Shown here one piece after another: positions 52,201 to 64,000 of a DNA stretch of 64,000 nucleotides (within the stretch, counting starts at the first letter, position 1; each line of letters opens with the position of its first letter). A model generated the notes under the pieces. That model was not told the origin of the DNA and did not search any database. It saw nothing but the letters and a program-made list of their open reading frames with translations. This stretch comes from Macrostomum lignano (Eukaryota): contig NIVC01002090.1 in the NCBI GenBank assembly GCA_002269645.1, forward strand, positions 1 through 64,000, given 5' to 3'. Made by a program: the position numbers and the translations under genes.

Positions 52201-55200
52201 ACTGAACATCATCGAAATCTTCTCCGTAAAAGAGAACTCCATCAAACACCTCTCCGTGAAACTGACATTCATCAAAATCCCCTCCGAGAAATAGAAATCC
52301 TCTCCACCAAACAGAAATCCTCTCCGTCAAAATTAAAACATTGAAATCGTCTCCGCTAAACTGGACTCAATCGATTTTTTCCGTCAAACAACTCAACTCT
52401 CCAGATTCATTGGTTAGGGTTAGGGTTAGGGTTAGGGTTAGAACTACGCACAGCTTCGTGTTAAAAGGCACTGATAAAAATATTGAACTAATTGAATCAA
52501 TTCATTGCGCAACCGATTTCTCAGTCAGTCAGTATCAGTCTCAGTTAAAGTTAACAAAAACATTGCGCAATCTAAATCAACCCTCCAATACACAGCAGCA
52601 GTGAGAAGTTGAACCCTCCCCCCCAACTTTATCTATTACGTCTCGCAAAACTGAGAACAATTTTTGCAGAAAATTAAAAGCATGGAAATAGTTTTTTTTA
52701 AATGCTGTGCTTTTTCTTTTCATATTTAAAGATAACAAATTATATCCCCGAACTCAGCGTTGCAAGATCTTTCCAGCAATATAAGTTTCTCCTATCAAAG
52801 TTAGAAACTCGAGCAACAGTTTGCGTTTGAAACTTTCTGATTTAAAGCATTGAAATATCGAGTGTACGTTCACTGCCTGCTAAAGAGGCTCGCAAGTTTA
52901 TGCATTGAATTTCAATGTCCAAAACTTCACAGGGCAGCCTATTGAAAGGCACAGATAATAAAACAAATTGATGGCGCAACCGATTTCACAGTCAGTCAGT
53001 ATCAGTCTCAGTTCAAGTTAACAAAAAGTTTGCGCAATCTAAATCAACCCTCCAGTACACAGCGCCCGACCCCCTTCCACTACGCAGTGGCAGTTAGAAA
53101 TTGAACCCCCAACTGTTGGGGGTCGGTCGAACGCCCATTGAACCCCAAAATGAGTACAATCTTTGCAGAAAGCTAAAAGTCTGGAAATAGTTTTTTTGAT
53201 GCTGTGCTTTTAGTTTTTCTATTTAAAGCAAACAATTTATATCCTCGAACTCAGTGTTGCAAGATCTATTCAGCAGTATAAGTCTCTTCTCTTAACATTT
53301 AGAACTCGAAGAGCAGTTAGCGTTTGAAACTGTCTGATTTATAGCATTGAAGTATCGAGTGTACGTTAACTACCTGCTTGCTAGCTGATGCATTGAATTT
53401 CAATGTCCAACAAATACACAGGGCTGCCCATTGAGAGGCAAGAAAACTTATCAGTAGCCAAATCATTGCGCAATTATCTATACAGTCAGCCAGTGAGCCA
53501 GGGTCCAAGTGTACACACGCCGCCACTGAGAACGCCCCCATCCCCCACTGGAGAGAAAATACACTGCCGAGATAGGAAAAAGTTGTTGCGTAATCACTCA
53601 AAATTCATGCAAATTTTCAGCTCCGAGCGGAAAGAGAGGACAATTAAGATTATCAAAGGTCAGAATTGCCGTTTTCTGCTTTTTTAGGGATCTTAAAATG
53701 TAAAAATAAAAGATTAAAATAGCCTAAAGCCATCCTCGGAAAATTTGCAGTTTTCCCACATAAGTTTCAACGCTGACTTGCAAGTATTCTAGGAGGAGAT
53801 ATCCAACAAACACACACACACACAGACAAACAACGCACCAGTTTTAGTATTAACGAGAGAAGAGAAGAAAGAAAGACGAGTGGAACTCCTCCTTCGGAGG
53901 AGAAAGGGGAAGAACTCCCATCACCGGAATTCCATTCCCTGAAATATCCATCAACTGAAATTCCATGTCTTGAACCCTATCTTCCAAATCGTCTCCAAAT
54001 TCTTTACAAAACCTTTCAAAGACCATAGCTCAAAGACTTTCACGTCTCTCATATTTCCTCTCTCCTCTCTTTGCAATTTTCGTGACTCTACTCTCTCTCC
54101 TCTCTCTCATCTCATCTCTACCCGTACTCCCTTATTTATGTTTTCTCCCTCATCTTTCGTCTGTACCTTCTCTTGTCTCTTGTCTCCTCTCTTCTCTCAT
54201 ATCTCTCCTCTTCACTTCTGTCTCCTGTCTCCTCTCTTCTCTCTTATCTCTCCCTCTTCTCTCCTCTCTCATATGTCATCTCTACTCACTTATCTATCGT
54301 ATCTCTTAACCCTCTCTCTCTCTTCTCTTTTCTCTTCTCTCTGCTCTCATTTCTCATATCTCATATACGCTCTCACACTCTACTTTCTTGTCTCCCATCT
54401 TTCTTTCCTCCTTTCCACTATCCCCTGTCTCTTCTCTTCTCTCTTTTCTGTCCTCTCCATTCTCTCTTTTCTCCTCTCCTTGCTCCTTTCTTCTTCTCCC
54501 TCTCTTCTCTAATGTCCTATCTCTTCTCTCTTATGTTCTCACTCATCTCTTCTCATTGCATCTCTCATCTCTCCTCTCCTCACTACTTTCCTCTCTACAC
54601 TCTCTCATCTCTGATCTTTCATCTCTCTCCTCTCTCCTCTCTCCTCCCATCTCTACTACCTTATTTATATCTTCTTGGTCTTTCGTCTCTACTCTCTCCT
54701 GTCTCCTTTCTCCCGTCTTTTCTCCTCTCTTCTCTCTCCCCTCCTCTCTCATCTGGACTCATCTGAAACTGGACTCCTTCGAAATCCTCTCCGTGAAACT
54801 GAGGACCATCGAAATCCTCTCCGTGAAACTGAAAACCATCGAAATTCTTTCTTTTAAACTGAACTCAATCGAAATTTTCTCCGTCAAAAAGAATAAATAT
54901 CAGGATTCATTGGTTAGGGTTATTGTTAGGGTTAGGGTTAGGGTTAGAGCTACACACAGCTGCGTGTTCAAATAAAAAATGAACCAATTGAATCAATTGA
55001 TTGCGCAACCGATTTCACAGTCAGTCAGTATCAGTCTCAGTTAAAATTAACAAAAAGATTGCGCAATTTAAATCAACCCTCCTGTACACAGAGACCGACC
55101 CCTTTTCAATACGCAGTAGCAGTTAGAAATTGAACCCCCATCTGTTGGGGGCATTGAACCAAAAAATGAGTACAATCTTTGCATAAAGCTAAAAGTATGG

Positions 55201-56948
55201 AAATAGTTTTTTTGATGCTGCTCTTTTAGTCTTTATATTTATAGCAAACAATTTATATCCTCGAACTCAGCGTTGCAAGATCTTTTCAGCAGTATAAGTA
55301 TCTTCTCTTAAAGTTTAGAACTCGAAGAGCAGTTAGCGTTTGAAAGTTCCCGTTTTAAGGCATTGAAATATCGCGTGTACGTTCACTGCCTGCCAAAGAG
55401 GCTCGCAAATTTATTCATTCATTACACAGGCTGGCTATTACACAGGGCAGCCTATTGAAAGGCACAGATAATTAAAAAAATTGATGGCGCAACCGATTTC
55501 ACAGTCAGTCAGTATCAGTCTCAGTTAAAGTTAAGAAAAACATTGCGCAATCTAAATCAACCCTCCAATACACAGCAGCAGTAAGAAGTTGAACCCTCCC
55601 CCCAACTTTATCTGTTACGTCTCGCAAAACTGAGTACAATTTTTGCAGAAAGTTAAAAGTATGGAAATAGTTTTTTCAATGCTGTGCTTTTTCTTTTCAT
55701 ATTTAAAGCAAACAATTTATATCCCTGAAATCAGCTTTGCAAGTTCTTTCCAGCAATATTAATTTTTTCTCTCAAAGTTAAAAACTCGAGCAACAGTTTG
55801 CGTTTGAAACTTTCTGATTTAAAGCATTGAAATATCAATTGTACGTTCACTGCCTGCTAAAGAGGCCCGCAAGTTGATGCATTGAATTTCAATGTCCAAC
55901 AAATACACAGGACTGCCCATTGAAAGGCAGGAAAACTTATCAGTAGCCATATCATTGCGCAATTATCTATAAAGTCAGCCAGTGAGCCAGGGTCCAAGTG
56001 TACACACGCAGCCACTGAGAACGCTCCCACCCCCCACTGGAAAGAAAATACACTACAGAGATAGGGAAAAGTTGTGGCGCAATCACTAAAAATTCATGCA
56101 TTTTTCAGCTCCAAGCAGAAAGAGGGGACAATTAAGATTATTAAAGGTCAAGACCGCCGTTTTCTGCTTTTTTGAGGATCTTAGAAATTAAAATTTCAGA
56201 ATTAAAATAGCCTATAGCCGACCTCGGATAATTTCCAATCTTCCCATATAAGTTTCAACGCTGAGTTGCCACTATTCAAGGAGGAGTTGTCGAAATGACA
56301 GACACACAGACAGACAGACAGACAGACAAACAACGCGTCAACTTTAGTATATATAGATAGATAGATAGATAGAGGATCTAAAAATTCGAACCATCGTCCC
56401 TGCATTTAGCAGTCAGTCTGTTTACCTCTAGGCTAGCTCTCATCGTTTTGATAATATGAATTTTAGCACTTATAATTATAAGTTTCAAAACTCCAAGCAT
56501 GGAGTAAATCACACGAGGCAGTTATGACATAATCAATTTCTCAGTCAGTCAGTATCAGTTAACAATATGGTTACGCAATCTAAATCACGTCTGGTGTTTC
56601 GCTTCCACACTGCATTTTCAATACTGTGACGCAATTCAAGTCGGAGTTACAATTCAGTTATGATGCAATCTATTTTAGAATCAGAATTCAACCAGTCAAT
56701 TTTTTTCTAGCATTCTTACAATGCATTTCAAGTCGAAAAGTTTGCTTGACCTTTGCAAAAAAGCATGTTTTTCGAGTATTTAATGCCTTTAGCATCGAGC
56801 AATTTCTTAGCCAAGACACATGTACCGTCACGGGAAAATTTCTGATCGAACAGTGCAAGTCTCATGAAAATCGGTTAAGCCATTTTTTCTCTAATCGATT
56901 ACAAGCAAGCAAGCAAGCAAGCAAGATTTTCATTTTTAGTATATAGGA
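43299..56948 (-). mobile_element. Composite Helitron unit 3 (13,650 bp): near-identical to unit 2 plus one extra ~1.77-kb family B module
   Basis: Colinear with unit 2 at offset 11,880-11,884 up to about 52091; extra module 52092-~53853; 5' TC at 56948-56947 preceded by A on the minus strand. Confidence 0.85.
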
Positions 56949-57103
56949 TTCAATTATTATTAAGTAGTTTTTACTGAACTTCGAGTACCTCAAATGTAAT
57001 ACAATATAATAGGCTCATCCGTAAGGTTTTTATTGAGCAATTAATCAAGCTTAAATTAGTTGACCTCAGTTGACCCTAAACTCCGTATTCCTATCTTCTT
57101 TAG

Positions 57104-57682
57104 ACGAGCGGCATCCGAGCGCTCTGCCCAGTCCGTACACCAAGTCTATTCACCGGCGCGCTGGCTACTCGCCTTCGCCTTCGCCGCCGCCGCCGCCGCC
57201 ACCACCACCGCCGCCAACGCAGTTGCAGCTAATTGACGATGAAGCTCCCAGTTTCATGCCGACATCCAGCACCACGGACTCGGGCTTCCCGACGGCCGAA
57301 CTGGACCAGCTGGACGCCGGCTCTGATGGCGGCCGGTCGTGCACTCCGGTGTCCTCCGCTGCTACTGCCGCTACTACTGCCGATAGCACTACTGATAGTA
57401 GAGCGGAGCGGACTCGATTAGTCAATAGTTTTCCTATTTCTTCGCCGCCAATTCGCGAGACCGATCTGCTTAGCGAAGCTGGCGCTGACTCTGTCACTGC
57501 GGCTACTAATGGCAACAGTTCCAGTAACCATGGCAACTACAGCGACGCCGATAATCAACAACAAATCATGCTGTCGGCTCGTTGCGCCGCATTGGAACGC
57601 GAAGCCGAGTATTATAAACAGCAGCAGGGCACCACAATGGAAGAGTTGGACAAGTCTGACCGGCTTAACGATCGGCTTAAAG
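57104..57682 (+). CDS. Internal exon of an unidentified Ser/Pro-rich protein, with the start of a coiled coil
   Basis: Acceptor ctatcttctttag, donor GTGAGC, 579 nt, phase 1-1, GC-rich codons. Poly-Pro and S/T-rich segment, then LSARCAALEREAEYYKQQQGTTMEELDKSDRLNDRLK. Family not recognised. Confidence 0.8.
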
Positions 57683-57721
57683 GTGAGCGAGCTCTAGTGC
57701 TCTAATTGTGATAATAAGGAA

Positions 57722-58260
57722 ATCGTATGCACTCGTATGACCAATGATAGATCTTATGCACTCGTATGACCAATGATAGACCATATACACTCGTATGACC
57801 AATGGTAGACCATATGCAGTCGTATGACTATTGATAGATTATATACGCTTCTATGACCAAGGCTAGATCATAAACACTCCCATGACCAATGGTAGATCAT
57901 ATACGTTCCTATGACCAATGATAGACCATATACACTCGTATGACCAATCATAAATCTTATACACTCGTATGACCAATCATAACCTTATACAATCGTATGA
58001 CCGATCATAAATCTTATACACTCGTAGACCAATGATAGATCATACACACTCCTATGACCAATGATAGATCATATACGCTCCTATGACCAATGATAGATCA
58101 TATACGCTCCTATGACCAAGAATGACGTAGACCGTAGATCGTATACGCTTCTATGACCTATGATGGATAAAATACGCTCCTATGACCAATGATACATCAT
58201 ATACACTCCTATGTCCAAGGCTATGATCATATACGAGCGTATACTCGCATGACCTAAGAT
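57722..58260. repeat. 29-bp minisatellite (ATATACACTCGTATGACCAATGATAGATC), about 18 degenerate copies
   Basis: Starts about 40 nt after the donor at 57683. Confidence 0.9.
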
Positions 58261-59164
58261 GACACTCCCAAAAAATCGAATGTAAAAGAAGGCTCATAGG
58301 TTGCTGAAAGGTTCTTTTAAGCTACTTAGTTAAGATTTAAAAAATGAAAAAAACTCTTTACACTCGTAGCAGTCGATACGTGACACGATTTTTTTCTACT
58401 ACTCTTAGAATCGTCTGGAAATTCTCTTTCTCTCTTCTCTCTCTGATATCCGTGATATTATGTCATCTTTTTACAATAACAAGCCCAGCCAGAACCCTCT
58501 GTAAACCTGTTGCTGTCATTTCCAATTAGAATAGAGCCAGAGAGTCAATAACAACATGCGAAATTAATATTCAACATTATCTGGGTATTAGTAACAAGGA
58601 GATTTTCCAATAATCTATGAGAAAATGTTGCAAGATATGAAACCCGATCCTACTTGCTCAGGTGTATGGAATATTCCATTAGATTTTGCTACCGTTGTTT
58701 AAAGATATGCTTGGCTCAGGACGGGAGGCATACCTGTCTATATATGAGTATGTAGCCTTCACCTGTTGGATGAAAGGTAGGCTCCTCAGAATCCGGTTGA
58801 CCAGCTGGGACACTGCAGCTAAGGTAAGGTAGCTGTCACACCTGTCCTGCCTTCTCTCATTAATATTTTCACTGCGATGCCTTGTTATTAAAAGCTGGCT
58901 GGCTTTGGATAATATGAGTCGCTGATATAATGTGAGCTGATGCATGGCCAGCCAGTGATGGGGCTGAGCATCTCAAAATCCATCAATTCGCTTTCACTCG
59001 GCGATATCAGAGCCTGTTTTGGGCGAGGGGGGTCTTTTTTGGCGAACCCATTGCTTTAAGAAGGAATCGTCTCGGGTCCCCCCACTCTTGCTCTTCTTAC
59101 ATCTTTCTGCCCCCTCCCTTTGGCTTCTCCCATCTCTTCACTCTCTCCCTACACCCTGCCTTCT

Positions 59165-59760
59165 TTTTTAAACTAAACTATCTTCCCTTTTCTCTCCCTC
59201 TCTTCTCCCCCTCTTCTCCCTCTTCTCCCCCCTCTTCTCTCCTCTTCCCCTGTTCTCCCCCTCTTCTCTCCCTGTTCTCCCTCTTCTCTCCTCTCTTCTC
59301 TCCCTCTTCTCCTTCTTCTCTTCCTCTTCTCCCTCTCTCTCTTCTCCCCCTCTTCTCCCCCTCTTCTCTCCCCTCTTCTCTCCCCTCTTCTCTCCCTCTT
59401 CTCTCCCCTCTTCTCTCCTCTTCCCCTGTTCTCCCCCCTCTTCTCTCCCTGTTCTCCCTCTTCTCTCCTCTCTTCTCTCCCTCTTCTCTCCCTCTTCTCT
59501 CCCTCTCTCTCTTCTCTCCCCTCTTCTCCCCCTCTTCTCTCCCCTCTTCTCTCCCCCTCTTCTCTCCCATCTTCTCTCCCTCTTCTCTTCCCTTCTTTTT
59601 CTTCTCTTCTCTCCCCCTCCGCTCTCCTTTCTCCCCATATTCTCTTCCCGTCTCTCTCTCCATTCTCCCTTCCTCTTCTCTCTTCTCTTCTCTTCTTTAT
59701 CTTCCATTCCTCCTCGTTATCTTCATTTCTTTTCTCCCCTCACCTCTTTTGTCTCTCACT
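59165..59760. repeat. CT-rich low-complexity tract (CTCTTCTCTCC-like)
   Basis: Polypyrimidine run; source of the spurious E/R/G/K-rich minus-strand ORFs. Confidence 0.9.
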
Positions 59761-60427
59761 CTTTTCTCCAGTCTTTCAGTCTCCAGTCAAAATGTTGGCT
59801 TTTTTACTGCATGGATTATTATTCTTCCTGCACGGTCGCTATTCGTATCAGAGGCAAATTATTCATTTGCAGAGGCCAGTAGAACATTTTACTAGCGATT
59901 TACATGTACTAACTATAATCCTTCCGATTATATTCATCGTCACGTTTTTTTCCTGCCCTGGCCTTGCATTTTGTTCAATCAATCCTTTCTTCCCTAAGAA
60001 GTGAAAGTTCTAGCTCGTAAAAGATCAAAAAGCCCAGGCAGTTCAACAATTGACGGCAGCCTGGCGGCTTCTATAGCCATGCCTTTGTTTTGCAACTCGC
60101 GGGGGTTGCTCTATTGCTCCCCTCTTCTGCTCTCGGTTTTCTCTGTGCTTAATTTCGGACAAAACTGGCTTTCTTTCACTGCGACGGCGGCGGCGGCGGC
60201 TGTCGAGAGGTTAAAAATGGATTTCCTGGGTTGCTTGACATTTCTCTCTCACTATGAATTAGCAACTGCAGATCGAGTTGCATTTAGGCTGTGGCCCAGC
60301 TTCTGGAGTAGAGAGGGGGGCTTCGACACAGGGACCTCTTCTTTGATACTTGGACTGTTAAATAATCTTTTACCGCTAGTTAAGAGCTACGAGTACACAA
60401 GAGAAGTAGCTTGCGCACCTTGATTAC

Positions 60428-60525
60428 AGAGCAGCTCAGTGGTTAAACTGGTCTGACTCTCGTGCCACAGTGCCCTGGCCCCGGGCTCGATTCCGTCCGG
60501 AGTCACATCATTTGGGACCTGGGAC
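60428..60525 (+). mobile_element. tRNA-derived SINE head (copy 2)
   Basis: A-box-like CAGCTCAGTGG at ~60432 and B-box-like GGGCTCGATTCC at ~60483-60494; homologous to 22210-22250; no complete cloverleaf. Confidence 0.7.
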
Positions 60526-61170
<645 letters not shown>

Positions 61171-62054
61171 ACTAAACAAATTAACTAACTAATTAATAAA
61201 TTAACCAAATAAAAGACAGCCTTTTTAACTAAATATCGTATTAATTAATAAATTTACTAAGCAAAACTGTACAAATTTTAGTGAAACCACCCTTTAAATT
61301 TGAATGTCGCTTCCAGTCCATATATACAAGAGGTCCCTGTCTCTCTGTGTTGGTGTTTTTGATAGGCCCACTGCGGCCTTGTGAATGGACTGCCAACTGG
61401 GTCAACTTGCACCCAAGCCTCTGAAACTGTGCCAGGAAAGTTTATATTATAGCGGAAGCTTGAATTGTTCGACATCAAATGTGTGCGCATAATTTTTGTG
61501 TGTATAACAGCATCTTTATGAGAAAAGGAACTTCTAAGAAACAACACAATCATGGATTACGGACATTCCAGTTGCCTACTAATAGGTCAACGCTCCACGG
61601 TTTTGTGTGAGTCTTTTTCATTTTTTAACTGGACGACTGGCCAATCGATTTGACCTGTTTGTGGTTTTCAAGTTCTGACAGATCTGCTCTTTCGTCACAC
61701 AGGCATTGTCCATTCATCACGTATTCAGGCAGGCCAAGTGCGCTTTGATGGATGCCTCGTCAGTCAAACAGGGCCTGCGGTAGGACAGAACAAGCCAGTT
61801 GCCGGCTGGCAGCCGCGATCTAACAAAAGAAGCTTTTATCCTCCCCTCCCCCCAAGCACTGAAGCTATAGTATGGGTCTCTGATTGTCGGGAGCACTTTT
61901 TGCGGCTGTTTTATAGATGAATGCTGCTGCTGAATTTCTAACTGGGTGTCGTGAATGGGATGTTGGGGGATCTGATTTTTTTAGCACCCTCTGCTGCTTG
62001 CTTTCGGATGCAGTCTTTGAGGTTTGGCGCTTCCTTTCTTTGCATTTGAGCTCT

Positions 62055-64000
62055 GGCATCACCTAACTCAAATATGACGTCTGGCATCATAGAAATCTTA
62101 TGTATTTAGGGTTTGACATCATCTCCCTGCAATGTATTTGGGGTCTGGCATCATCTCCCTGCAATGTATTTGAGGTTTGGCATCACCTAACTCATATATG
62201 GCGTCTGGCATCATAGAATTCTTATGTATTTAGGGTTTGACATCATCTCCCTGCAATGTATTTGGGGTCTGGCATCATCTCCCTGCAATGTATTTGAGGT
62301 TTGGCATCACCTAACTCATATATGGCGTCTGGCATCATAGAATTCTTATGTATTTAGGGTTTGACATCATCTCCCTGCCATGTATTTGGGGTCTGTTATC
62401 TGCCTTCCTCCCATTTGTATTCGAGGTCTGGCATCATCTCCCTCCCATGTATTTGGGGTCTGGCAAAATTGCCCTGCCATGTATTTGGGGTCTGGCATCA
62501 TCTCCCTGCCATGTATTTGAGGTCTGGCATCATCTCCCTCCCATGTATTTGAGGTCTGACATCTCCTTCCCATGTATTCGAGGTCTGGCATCATCTCCCT
62601 CCCATGTATTTGGGGTCTGGCAAAATTGCCCTGCCATGTATTTGGGGTCTGGCATCATCTCCCTGCCATGTATTTGAGGTCTGGCATCATCTCCCTCCCA
62701 TGTATTTGAGGTCTGACATCTCCTTCCCATGTATTTGAGGCCTGGCATCATCTCCCTGCCATGTATTCGAGGTCTGACATCATCTCCTTCCCATGTATTT
62801 GAGGCCTGGCATCATCTCCCTGCCATGTATTTGGGGTCTGGCATCATCTCCCTGCCATGTATTTGGGGTCTGGCATCATCTCCTTCCCATGTATTTGGGG
62901 TCTGGCATCAACTCCCTGCCATGTATTTGAGGTCTGACATCATCTCCTGTCTATGTATTTGAGGCCTGGCATCAACTCCCTGCCATGTATTTGAGGTCTG
63001 ACATCATCTCCTTCCTATGTATTTGAGGCCTGGCATCATCTCCCTGCCATGTATTTAGGGTCTGGCATCATCTCCCTGCCATGTATTTGAGGTCTGGCAT
63101 CATCTCCCCATGTATTTGAGGTCTGGCATCATCTCCCTGCCATGTATTTAGGGTCTGGCATCATCTCCCTGCCATGTATTTGGGGTCTGGCATCATCTCC
63201 TTCCCATGTATTTGGGGTCTGGCATCAACTCCCTGCCATGTATTTGAGGTCTGACATCATCTCCTTCCTATGTATTTGAGGCCTGGCATCATCTCCCTGT
63301 CATGTATTTGGGGTCTGGCATCAACTCCCTGCCATGTATTTGAGGTCTGACATCATCTCCTTCCTATGTATTTGAGGCCTGGCATCATCTCCCTGCCATG
63401 TATTTAGGGTCTGGCATCATCTCCCTCCCATGTATTTGAGGTCTGGCATCATCTCCCCATGTATTTGAGGTCTGGCATCAACTCCCTCCCATGTATTTGA
63501 GGTCTGGCATCATCTCCCCATGTATTTAAGGTCTGGCATCAACTCCCTGCCATGTATTTGGGGTCTAGCATCATCTCCCTCCCATATATTTGAGGTCTGG
63601 CATCATCTCCTTCCCATGCATTTGAGGTCTGGCATCAACTCCCTGCCATGTATTTGAGGTCTGGCATCATCTCCCTGCCATGTATTTGGGGTCTGGCATC
63701 ATCTCCCTCCCATGTATTTGAGGTCTGACATCTCCTTCCCATGTATTTGAGGCCTGGCATCATCTCCCTGCCATGTATTCGAGGTCTGACATCATCTCCT
63801 TCCCATGTATTTGAGGTCTGGCATCATCTCCCTGCCATGTATTTGAGGTCTGGCATCATCTCCCTCCCATATATTTGAGGTCTGGCATCATCTCCCTCCC
63901 ATATATTTGAGGTCTGGCATCATCTCCCTCCCATATATTTGAGGTCTGGCATCATCTCTCTCCCATATATTTGAGGTCTGGCATCATCTCCCTCCCATAT
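62055..64000. repeat. 32-bp minisatellite (CATGTATTTGAGGTCTGGCATCATCTCCCTGC), about 60 copies, running off the window end
   Basis: Tandem units; the left margin is a 124-bp four-monomer higher-order repeat (starts 62055, 62179, 62303). Confidence 0.95.

Noticed and set aside
35832-54975. Leu/Ser-rich, membrane-protein-looking ORFs and repeated short ORFs inside the Helitron array
   Set aside because: Products of CT-rich tracts and duplicated non-coding modules; no Rep (HUH) or PIF1 helicase motifs seen.
59792-60423. ORFs of 70 and 140 aa
   Set aside because: No recognisable family and no convincing donor; may be UTR or promoter sequence of another isoform.
60428-60510. Possible tRNA gene
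   Set aside because: A and B boxes are present but acceptor and anticodon stems do not pair; better explained as a SINE head.
61278-61700. Possible degraded coding or transposase fragment on the minus strand
   Set aside because: Many stops and no motif I can assign; would need BLASTX.

Overview
Eukaryotic (animal) genomic DNA. GC-rich, Ala-rich exons, minisatellite-filled introns and TTAGGG tracts suggest a flatworm such as Macrostomum, but this is inference only. Coding content: (1) an LRRIQ1-like LRR+IQ gene on the minus strand (ATG 7784, at least 8 exons, running off the left edge), whose 3' exons carry a frameshift and in-frame stops; (2) head-to-head with it, a complete 7-exon SDA1 gene on the plus strand (9339-16843, 724 aa); (3) a partial plus-strand gene for an unidentified Ser/Pro-rich coiled-coil protein, with two candidate first exons (18371, 20041) and an internal exon at 57104-57682 across a ~37 kb intron. 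That intron holds the main finding: a 29 kb (27922-56948) minus-strand array of non-autonomous Helitron-like elements. It has 5'-TC and hairpin+CTAG-3' ends, an A|T target, two exact head-to-tail junctions, and a second subfamily (hairpin+CTCG end) nested 3 nt inside the first family's 5' end. It also carries satellite arrays and telomere-type repeats. Elsewhere there are a mariner remnant, a mariner-type MITE with CpG-decay mismatches, two copies of a tRNA-derived SINE head each followed by a long tandem array, and more than a dozen unrelated minisatellites. Most ORFs in the supplied track are antisense shadows or repeat artefacts. Repeat boundaries and copy numbers are estimated by eye.
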